Of a DNA stretch of 64,000 nucleotides, positions 19,663 to 27,159 are shown in pieces (positions within the stretch are counted from its first letter, which is position 1; the number at the start of each line of letters is the position of its first letter). Under the pieces are notes generated by a model. The model had not been told where the DNA came from. It did no database searches and worked only from the letters and a program-made list of their open reading frames with translations. Origin of the DNA: a bacterium (GTDB taxonomy: Bacteria; Bacillota_I; Bacilli_A; RF39; UBA660); assembly GCA_963641945.1 (NCBI GenBank), contig CAVIDW010000005.1, positions 348 to 64,347 of the forward strand. Reading direction: 5' to 3'. Position numbers and translations under genes: made by a program.

Positions 19663-20646
19663 ATGAATAAAAAAATAATAATACTTACAATTATATTATC
19701 TTTAATAGGAATTTTATCTATATATTCTAGTAGTTATATATGGAGTTCATATAAATATGGATATTCATATAAATATTTATTAAATCAAAGTATATTTTTT
19801 ATAATTGGTATTATTATGATGAAAGTATTTTCTAAAATAAATTATAAGATATATAAAAAATATTCTAATATTTTTCTTGGAATTAGTTTTTTATTACTTG
19901 TTATTGTTCTTATACCTGGGATAGGCAGTGTTAGAAATGGAAGTAGAAGTTGGTTTGGATTATTTGGTTTTGGATTTCAACCAAGTGAAGTTTCTAAATT
20001 ATCACTTATTATTTTTACATCAAAATATTTATCAAATAATGATAATTTAAAAAGAAATACAATTAAATTTATATTACCTATATTAATGGTAATTATTGCC
20101 TTTTTTGGTGTAATAATGTTAGAACCGGATTTTGGTACTGGTATGGTTATTGTTTGTTCTTTAATAGGACTTATATTTATTAGTGGAACGGATGTATCGA
20201 TTTTTATTAAAATTGGAATAGTAGGAGTAGTTGGGATAGTAATTCTTGTTTTAATAGCTCCTTATAGATTAGATAGAATAATGTCATTTTTGAATCCATG
20301 GAGCGACCCTCTTGGAAGTGGATTTCAAATGATACAAAGTTTGTATGCAATTGGACCAGGGGGATTACTTGGCTTTGGACTTTTTAATTCAAGGCAAAAG
20401 CATTTTTATCTTCCAGAACCTCAAACGGATTTTATATTTTCAATTATAAGTGAAGAGTTTGGATTTATTGGTTGTAGTTTTTTAATTGGATTATTCATAT
20501 TACTTTTTTATAATATTGCTTGTAAGGCTATAAAGGAAACTGATTTATTTGGTAAATATTTGATATTTGGATTATTATTTTTACTTATGTTTCAAACAAT
20601 ATTAAATTTATGTGTAGTAGTAGGGCTTGTTCCAGTTACTGGGTAA
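19663..20646 (+). CDS. SEDS family protein (FtsW/RodA/SpoVE), 5' portion of a gene interrupted by a mobile element
   Basis: Polytopic protein with SEDS motifs (GSRSWF, FQPSE, PDFGT, LPEPQTDFIFS). It ends abruptly at ...GLVPVTG* where the conserved VTLPFISYGGSS should follow. That continuation is found at 28818. Confidence 0.85.
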   Translation: MNKKIIILTIILSLIGILSIYSSSYIWSSYKYGYSYKYLLNQSIFFIIGIIMMKVFSKINYKIYKKYSNIFLGISFLLLVIVLIPGIGSVRNGSRSWFGLFGFGFQPSEVSKLSLIIFTSKYLSNNDNLKRNTIKFILPILMVIIAFFGVIMLEPDFGTGMVIVCSLIGLIFISGTDVSIFIKIGIVGVVGIVILVLIAPYRLDRIMSFLNPWSDPLGSGFQMIQSLYAIGPGGLLGFGLFNSRQKHFYLPEPQTDFIFSIISEEFGFIGCSFLIGLFILLFYNIACKAIKETDLFGKYLIFGLLFLLMFQTILNLCVVVGLVPVTG

Positions 20647-20880
20647 GTCCTCCATGGTAACTGATAACGACAATTAAGTTTTGCCCTTATTTTAAGGGAT
20701 TGTTAAAGAATTAGATATTGAAATAATTGATAAAAATGAGTTGATTTTCAAAAATAGTAAAAAAATTAATAAATTTTGCAGAAAAAAAATAGGGTAATTT
20801 TGCCATTACCACAAAAAATTAAACAAAGAATAAAAATATATTTTTGATATGAATAATCTATTTTTTGCATTTTTTAATAT

Positions 20881-20906
20881 TTTAAGAAATTATGTGCATT
20901 TTCCTT
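20881..20906 (+). repeat. 26-bp perfect direct repeat, copy 1
   Basis: tttaagaaattatgtgcattttcctt, identical to 21576-21601. Confidence 0.85.
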
Positions 20907-21047
20907 CAATAATTTGCAAAAAAGTCTCAATTTTTTAAACGCTAACGGGAAAATATTCTCGTTTTGTTTATACAAACAAGAATATCAAAATTCAAGCATA
21001 TTGATGTTGAGTATGACTCTTTTCGATTTTTTTAATAAATGAATTTA

Positions 21048-21335
21048 ATTTTCAAGGATGAGACATCGGTGAAATATTTTTTTTACTTCAATAGCCTTGC
21101 CAAAATTCTTAGAAAACTTTTCATTTTTGGATAATTCTTTTAATTTTAATTCTTGTTCATCAATGGTAACTAATTGATCCTCATTAAATACATTAATAAC
21201 TTGTCAATTTGCCTTAGGAGTAAAACATTTTAAATTATTATTTAAATAAGGCAAATAATATTTTCCATAATATTTAATCGAATTGCCATTATTAATTTTT
21301 CTAGAGGTTAAAACTGCAAGAGTATAATTAATTGT
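21048..21335 (-). pseudogene. Degraded gene remnant in the left arm of the element (no start codon, internal TGA)
   Basis: The minus-strand frame reads TINYTLAVLTSRKINNGNSIKYYGKYYLPYLNNNLKCFTPKAN*QVINVFNEDQLVTIDEQELKLKELSKNEKFSKNFGKAIEVKKIFHRCLILEN. The TGA complement is at 21204-21206. Confidence 0.4.
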
Positions 21336-21575
21336 TTATTAACTAGGAGATTTTTCAAAAACAGATTCAATTTTTTATAATCTTTAAATAATAAATGTTT
21401 ATTTTTTCTTTTTTATATTAAAATAATTATTGTTCAAGTAAATCACTTCTTTCTATAATTGTATTGCAATTTAATTATAAACAATTTACTTGAACTTTTT
21501 CTGTGTAAACTTTTTTAATTTTAAAGTGTAAACCATTCTCACTTAAATAATTCCGGTTTCATTTTAGAATAAAAA

Positions 21576-21601
21576 TTTAAGAAATTATGTGCATTTTCCT
21601 T
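21576..21601 (+). repeat. 26-bp perfect direct repeat, copy 2 (about 50 bp upstream of the cargo operon)
   Basis: Identical to 20881-20906. Overlaps a possible TTGCTT -35 element. Confidence 0.85.
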
Positions 21602-21651
21602 GCTTTTTTCTTTAATTTGTATTAGCATTATAAATAATAGGAGGTAAAAAA

Positions 21652-22305
21652 ATGGAAAAGAATAGAACAGGACAAGTTATTGCATTTATAGCATTATTTG
21701 TTGGAATTATTGGTTTATCTGTTGGCTTCGCTGCATTTTCTAATACATTAACAATTAAATCTAATGCAACAGTCACTCCTGATAATAGCATTTTTAATGT
21801 TGACTTTTCTGATGATTCAACAAAAGTTCTTGTTGACCCTGTAACACCTGTAGTTACACCTAATACTTTAGTTGCTACTAATGGAACTATTGATAATACT
21901 GGTAGCCCTACAATTAGTAATATAAGTGCAACTTTTACAGAACCAGGTCAAAAGGCAGTATATACATTTTATGCTTATAATGCTGGTGAACTTGATGCTT
22001 ATTTAAAGAGTATTGCATTTGCAAATGCTACAGGCGGTTCAACTACTAAAGTTTGTACTGCACTTACTGGTACTACTGATTCTTTAGTCCAAGAAGCATG
22101 TAACGGAATTACACTAAGTGTTCAAGTTGGTAGTGAAGCTGCTACTATTGGTAGTGTTTCAAGCATTACAGGACATAAATTAGCAAAAGCGTCATCTGAT
22201 ACTGTAGTAGTTACTTTAGAATATGCTGCAAATTCATCAAGTGCTGATGGCGATTTCACTGTTAGTTTTGGTGATGTAACTTTAAATTATAGCTCAGCTG
22301 AATAA
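21652..22305 (+). CDS. Secreted TasA/camelysin-like protein with a SipW-cognate signal peptide
   Basis: AGGAGG RBS. The signal region ...GLSVGFAAFSNTLTI resembles the TasA ...GGGTWAAFND cleavage context. A later segment, FTEPGQKAVYTFYAYNAGELDAYL, resembles the TasA/peptidase M73 PGD...N.G motif. Confidence 0.6.
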   Translation: MEKNRTGQVIAFIALFVGIIGLSVGFAAFSNTLTIKSNATVTPDNSIFNVDFSDDSTKVLVDPVTPVVTPNTLVATNGTIDNTGSPTISNISATFTEPGQKAVYTFYAYNAGELDAYLKSIAFANATGGSTTKVCTALTGTTDSLVQEACNGITLSVQVGSEAATIGSVSSITGHKLAKASSDTVVVTLEYAANSSSADGDFTVSFGDVTLNYSSAE

Positions 22306-22310
22306 TTAGG

Positions 22311-23453
22311 ATGGTGATAAATGTGAAGAAAAGTTATATTAAATTAATTTGTTTTAGTTCTTTCTTCGGTTTGTTATCTATCTTCAATAGTTTTGTCTAC
22401 AGATTTCTTAGCCAAATAACATTAGATATTTTATTAGCATTTATGTTAATTATTGCCTATATGTTATTTGGTTTTGAAAAAGATAGACATAGATATATGA
22501 AGGAAATTATACTTGAAATATTGATAGTATTAATATCTTTTTTTCTCATATATTATTTATTTGGAATTATAATAGGATTTGCAAAGGCTGGTAATTATTA
22601 TGCTATAAGTTCTATGATTAATATTATTTTTCCAATTATATTTTATATTTTGCTAGGTGAAATATTACGTTATCAGTTAATGGTTAAGTCAAGTGAATCT
22701 AAATATTTGATGTATTTAGTTTGTGTATTGTTTATAATGATAGATTGTACAATTGCTTTTTCCACACATAGTCTTGATAATCGTAGGGAGTTTTTTTTGC
22801 TTATTGCAACTATTGTATTACCTAGTATTTCCAAAAATATATTATGTTCTTTTTTATGTTTTAATTTTGGATTTAAAACTTCAATTATTTATAGACTTGT
22901 TATGGAACTATATTCTTATTTAGTTTATATTGTTCCTAATCCAAATAGTTATCTTTATTCAATAATATTTTTTTTGTTACCTTTTTATATTTTATTTCAT
23001 ATAAAAAGGTTGCTTAATAAAGATAAAGTTAGTAATATAGTTGAAGTAAGAGGAGAAAAAAGAAATATTCGTTTATTATCTTTTCTTCCATTAGGTGTAA
23101 TTACATTTATTTTGGTATATTTTATATCTGGTTATTTTAGATTCTATGCAATTACAATTGCAAGTGGTTCAATGGAACCAAATATATTAAAAGGGGATGT
23201 AGTTATTGTTGATAAAAATTATGATGATTTAAAAGTTGGAGAAGTTTTAGCATATTATTATGATGACAAAGTTATTGTTCATAGAATTTATAAAATAATA
23301 GATACTAATGGTGAGTATTATATTTATACTAAAGGTGATGCAAACAATAATTATGACAATTATAAAATTGATAGGTCCATGGTTATAGGAATTGTTAAAT
23401 TTAATATCCCTTTAATTGGATATCCTACAGTTTTATTAAATGAATATTGGTAA
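22311..23453 (+). CDS. SipW-type (ER/archaeal-type) signal peptidase I fused to an N-terminal polytopic membrane domain of about 260 aa
   Basis: The C-terminal 120 aa contain ASGSMEPNILKGDVVIVD (catalytic Ser), VIVHRIYKI (His) and TKGDANNNYD. The N-terminal part contains about 8 hydrophobic helices. Confidence 0.7.
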   Translation: MVINVKKSYIKLICFSSFFGLLSIFNSFVYRFLSQITLDILLAFMLIIAYMLFGFEKDRHRYMKEIILEILIVLISFFLIYYLFGIIIGFAKAGNYYAISSMINIIFPIIFYILLGEILRYQLMVKSSESKYLMYLVCVLFIMIDCTIAFSTHSLDNRREFFLLIATIVLPSISKNILCSFLCFNFGFKTSIIYRLVMELYSYLVYIVPNPNSYLYSIIFFLLPFYILFHIKRLLNKDKVSNIVEVRGEKRNIRLLSFLPLGVITFILVYFISGYFRFYAITIASGSMEPNILKGDVVIVDKNYDDLKVGEVLAYYYDDKVIVHRIYKIIDTNGEYYIYTKGDANNNYDNYKIDRSMVIGIVKFNIPLIGYPTVLLNEYW

Positions 23454-23465
23454 GGAGTAAAATAA

Positions 23466-24614
23466 ATGGCAACGAAAAAAGAGGCCCCAAAAAAAGTTTT
23501 GAAAACTGAAGAAAAAAAAGTTTTGAAAACTGAAGAAAAAAAAGTTAAATTAAAACGTTTTCATTTTTCCTTTGGCAGAAGATTACTATTTTATTCTGCT
23601 TCGTTTTTGTGTTTGCTTTTCTTGAGCCTTTACTTTATTGCAAATTCTTTTGATTTAGTGTATGAAGAAAAAGTTTCTTTTAAAGAAACTGGAAATATTG
23701 ATTATTCAGTATGTTTAAATAAGAATGATACTTTTGAAACTGAATGCTTAGGAAAAAATAGTAGTTATAATTATGTTGCTAGCCTAATAAATAATATTTC
23801 TATTAAATTTAATTATACTTTTGGTGGTAATAAATTATATTTAGAAAAACCACTTAAATATAAAATTGTAGGCAAGTTAATTATTAAGAATAAAGAAAAT
23901 TCTTATATATATTCTGAAAAAGAATATGTTTTGAAGAATATTTCGAGTGATAATATTATAACTATTGGTTCTTACTATAGTATTGATGACTCAATTAGTA
24001 TTGATTATAGCTACTATAATAATATTGCTAATCAATTTAAATCTGAGTATGGTGTTGATATTGATAGTTATTTAGATGTTTCATTTATTGTTTATAATGA
24101 AGTTGATGCAAAATATAATATTCCTAATTCAAGTAATTTAAATATTAAGATTCCTCTTTCTTTAAAATCAATTAAATTTGAAGTTAGTGAACTTAATAAT
24201 AATTTGGAACAAACTATTATTAAGGAGTATTTGTCTATTTCTGATTATGTTGCATTAATTTTTGGTATTTTATTATTTAGTTTTTCAATATATTATTTTA
24301 TTCGTTTTATTATTTTGATTTTTCCTTTACTAAGAAAGAAAAACATTTATGACAAAATGTTAAGCAAGTATATGAAGGAATATGATCGACTTATTGTAGA
24401 AACTGAATCTCTTCCTATATTTTCTGATTATAATATGCTTAAAATTAAAAGTTTTGAAGAACTACTTGATGTAAGAGATAATTTAAGATTACCTATTATG
24501 TATTATAATGTAACACCGCATAAAAAAGCTTACTTTTATATATTACATGTAAATAATTTGTATGTGTATACATTGAAAGAGGTTGATTTGATTAATGAAA
24601 AAAAGAGTGAATAA
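23466..24614 (+). CDS. Bitopic membrane protein with a large extracytoplasmic domain (DUF5305-like by recollection), accessory to the SipW locus
   Basis: Lys-rich N-terminus with a tandem KKVLKTEE repeat. TM at LLFYSASFLCLLFLSLYFI and a second TM at VALIFGILLFSFSIYYFIRFIILIF. Overlaps the next gene by 20 nt. Confidence 0.5.
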   Translation: MATKKEAPKKVLKTEEKKVLKTEEKKVKLKRFHFSFGRRLLFYSASFLCLLFLSLYFIANSFDLVYEEKVSFKETGNIDYSVCLNKNDTFETECLGKNSSYNYVASLINNISIKFNYTFGGNKLYLEKPLKYKIVGKLIIKNKENSYIYSEKEYVLKNISSDNIITIGSYYSIDDSISIDYSYYNNIANQFKSEYGVDIDSYLDVSFIVYNEVDAKYNIPNSSNLNIKIPLSLKSIKFEVSELNNNLEQTIIKEYLSISDYVALIFGILLFSFSIYYFIRFIILIFPLLRKKNIYDKMLSKYMKEYDRLIVETESLPIFSDYNMLKIKSFEELLDVRDNLRLPIMYYNVTPHKKAYFYILHVNNLYVYTLKEVDLINEKKSE

Positions 24615-26736
24615 TATAATTAATACTAATTATAAAAGAAGAAATATTTTATTGTGTTTTCTTCTTTCTTTTATTGTAATTTGTTTAAGTGTTGGTTTTT
24701 CTTCTTTTCAAAATAACTTAACTATTGATTCAGCCTTAGCCCATGTTAGAGTTGATAAAGATGTGCGTATTATGGGTGTCCATGTTAATAGTGTTAATGA
24801 TGCTATTAGTAATTATGAAAACTATAATGTCAGTAGCATTGAAGGTGGTGCAATATTAAATTCTGCAGATTCATATGTTATATATGATGTTAATGTATAT
24901 AATTTAGGTAATGTTGATGTAGCTATTGGTAGTATAAATATCGATAATGAAAATTTAAAAGTAGAATTTGTTGATTATAATATAGGTGATAAAATCTGTA
25001 ATGATGATAAGTGTAAATTAGGTGTTAATAAAGTTATTAAGGTGAAAATATCTTATGTTGATGGTAAGTTTGATTCTAGTACTTCAAATCAAGGATTTGT
25101 TGTTAATTTTACTTTTGGTGCAGTTTATAGTGCTACTTATGTTGGGTTTGATGATACTACTGGATTTAATACTACTGCAATTGAAGGTATGGAATTTATT
25201 ACATCTTTTACATATGATTCTTCAAAAAGTTTATCTGTTACTATGAATGGAAAAAGTCTTTCAAGTGGTACTGGTTATACTTATAATAATGGTGTATTTA
25301 GTATTGCAAGTGTTAAAGGTGATATTATTATTACTCTTGGAGATATGAGTTTTATGAAAAGTACAATTATTTCTATAGCTACTAGTGGAGGATCTGAGGA
25401 AGATTTAACTTTATATGATTTGGATACAATGACAACAGATGATAAAACAACTACATTTAGTAATATTGCAACCGATAGTGGTATTATTAGAACTAAAGGT
25501 ATAACTGGTAGTAGTAATGTTCTTGTTTATAGAGGTGATATTACTAATAATTATGTAAGTTTTGCAGGTAATATATGGAGAATTATGCAAGTTGATGAAG
25601 ATGGTAATTTAAGACTTATTTTAAATAATTCTATTGGGTCTAGTAAATATAATACTACATCTTCAATATCAAGTGAGGATCAAGCTGAAACTATTTTGGG
25701 ATATGCAAATAGCATTGTAAAAACTACTTTAGATTCATGGTATACATCAAATTTAACTAATTATAGTGAATATATTGTTACAAGTAAATTTTGTAATGAT
25801 TTCACTTATGAAGAAAAAACAAGTACAGGTGCATCAAATAATGTTTACTATTATCAATCTTATTTGAATGTAGGTTCAGATGCTGCTTTGTATTCTCCTT
25901 CTCTTGTTTGTCCTTCTAGTTCTATTTTTACTAGCAATATTGGTTTAATAAGTGTAGAAGAGGCTGTTCTTGCTGGTACTGCTTATAGGGCAAATAATAC
26001 AAGTTATTATTTATATTCTTCTTCTGCTTGGTGGACTTTATCTCCTGCTTATTATGATTCTGCTCAAGGAAATGGTGGTGTATTCTTTGTTACTGCTTCA
26101 GGTGGTGTAACTGACTGGAGTAATAGTTTACTAACTTCAACTTATGGACTTAGACCTGTCATCACAATTGATGGTAATTTACAGTTTACTGGGGACGGAA
26201 CTTTATCTAATCCATATAAGCTATCTGGTGAATCATCAGCAACAATTTCAAAAGTTAATATAACTGATTTATCAACATTAAGTACAGGAAAGTATTATAT
26301 TACTAATACTGGAGGTAATTATAATGTTGATGGTCTTGTATCTTCTATTGTAAGTGGTATAGGACTTGTTGGTACAAATACTGCAACTTTCTCTGATGAT
26401 AAAGAAACTATTCTTAGTACATCTGGTACATTATTTAGTTTTATAAATGGACAGGAAACTACAGATGGTTATTTATATCAAGTTGTTACTGATGATAACA
26501 AATATTTGACAATAGGGGCAACTGATTATAGTGTTACTTTAAGCGATACTCCTGTATATTTGAAGGTAAGTTTAGTTACAAATTCTAGTTATACTGGTAG
26601 AATTACTATTTCAGATGAAACTGGTACAATGTATTTAAACTTTTATGGTGCTAATAATACAAATGATGATAAATTTGCTGGATGGAATGAACTTGATAAA
26701 AATGATTATATGGCGCTTTATGCTGTTACGTCATAG
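24595..26736 (+). CDS. Large (713 aa) secreted surface protein with a SipW-cognate-like signal motif
   Basis: The signal region ...CLSVGFSSFQNNLTI is paralogous to that of 21652. It has an N-terminal TasA-like domain (YVIYDVNVYNLGNVDVAI). The central region contains IWRIMQVDEDGNLRLI ... AWWTLSPAY ... GLRPVITI motifs, typical of Firmicute surface-protein domains. Confidence 0.6.
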   Translation: MKKRVNNIINTNYKRRNILLCFLLSFIVICLSVGFSSFQNNLTIDSALAHVRVDKDVRIMGVHVNSVNDAISNYENYNVSSIEGGAILNSADSYVIYDVNVYNLGNVDVAIGSINIDNENLKVEFVDYNIGDKICNDDKCKLGVNKVIKVKISYVDGKFDSSTSNQGFVVNFTFGAVYSATYVGFDDTTGFNTTAIEGMEFITSFTYDSSKSLSVTMNGKSLSSGTGYTYNNGVFSIASVKGDIIITLGDMSFMKSTIISIATSGGSEEDLTLYDLDTMTTDDKTTTFSNIATDSGIIRTKGITGSSNVLVYRGDITNNYVSFAGNIWRIMQVDEDGNLRLILNNSIGSSKYNTTSSISSEDQAETILGYANSIVKTTLDSWYTSNLTNYSEYIVTSKFCNDFTYEEKTSTGASNNVYYYQSYLNVGSDAALYSPSLVCPSSSIFTSNIGLISVEEAVLAGTAYRANNTSYYLYSSSAWWTLSPAYYDSAQGNGGVFFVTASGGVTDWSNSLLTSTYGLRPVITIDGNLQFTGDGTLSNPYKLSGESSATISKVNITDLSTLSTGKYYITNTGGNYNVDGLVSSIVSGIGLVGTNTATFSDDKETILSTSGTLFSFINGQETTDGYLYQVVTDDNKYLTIGATDYSVTLSDTPVYLKVSLVTNSSYTGRITISDETGTMYLNFYGANNTNDDKFAGWNELDKNDYMALYAVTS

Positions 26737-26775
26737 TAAATTTGTAAGATTATTTAAAAATTAGTTTGAATTTCT

Positions 26776-26820
26776 GATATGAACCTCATTTCTTGAACAT
26801 AGAAATGAGGTTTTTATATG
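26776..26820 (+). repeat. Hairpin repeat copy B (terminator-like) upstream of the recombinase module
   Basis: gatatgaacctcatttct-tgaacat-agaaatgaggtttttatatg. About 85% identical to copy C, including the following ATG. Confidence 0.75.
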
Positions 26821-26955
26821 TCAAAATTAAATTATGAAAAAACAATTAGCTTATTAAAATTACCAGATAATAATGATGAAAATAAAAATGTAAAAATTAA
26901 TAAACATTATTTTTATTTATCAAGAATAGATTTAATAGAGGTGAACTCTCTATGA
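26818..26955 (+). CDS. Small hypothetical protein (45 aa) of the recombinase module
   Basis: MSKLNYEKTI... Its N-terminus is homologous to the ORF starting at 63972 (MTKISCEERI). Overlaps the next small ORF (ATGA). Confidence 0.35.
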   Translation: MSKLNYEKTISLLKLPDNNDENKNVKINKHYFYLSRIDLIEVNSL

Positions 26956-27086
26956 AACGAATTGATATAAATGGAAAAAAAAGAAAATTAAATATACAGT
27001 TTATTTATAAAAAAGATGGAATAAAACTTGAAGATATACTAAAGGAGGGGTATTTATGCTACTTAAGAAATTTAAAAGTGAAATGA
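26952..27086 (+). CDS. Small basic protein (44 aa), loosely TnpW-like; candidate accessory or directionality factor
   Basis: MKRIDINGKKRKLNIQFIYKKDGIKLEDILKEGYL... Preceded by an AGAGGTG RBS. Lies directly upstream of the serine recombinase. Confidence 0.35.
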   Translation: MKRIDINGKKRKLNIQFIYKKDGIKLEDILKEGYLCYLRNLKVK

Positions 27087-27159
27087 TTTACTTTTTCGAT
27101 GTAATAAGGCATCATGAGGTATTAGTATTGCATAAATTAAATTTGGAGGGACTTTATTA

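Noticed and set aside
20693-20810. Short hairpins in the left arm of the element (ccctta-ttt-taaggg and ggtaat-tttgcc-attacc), considered as structured RNA or att-related sites.
   Set aside because: Stems of 6 bp are expected by chance in AT-rich DNA. They show no conservation or symmetry with the right end.
21204-21206. The idea that the in-frame TGA in the decayed minus-strand frame means TGA codes for Trp (genetic code 4) in this organism.
   Set aside because: Many solid genes in the window terminate at TGA at positions giving full-length family members (for example the ABC exporter gene at 8069-8071 and holA's upstream neighbour at 17611-17613), and Trp is encoded by TGG throughout. The TGA is best read as a disabling mutation. 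A code-4 donor for that fragment cannot be excluded.
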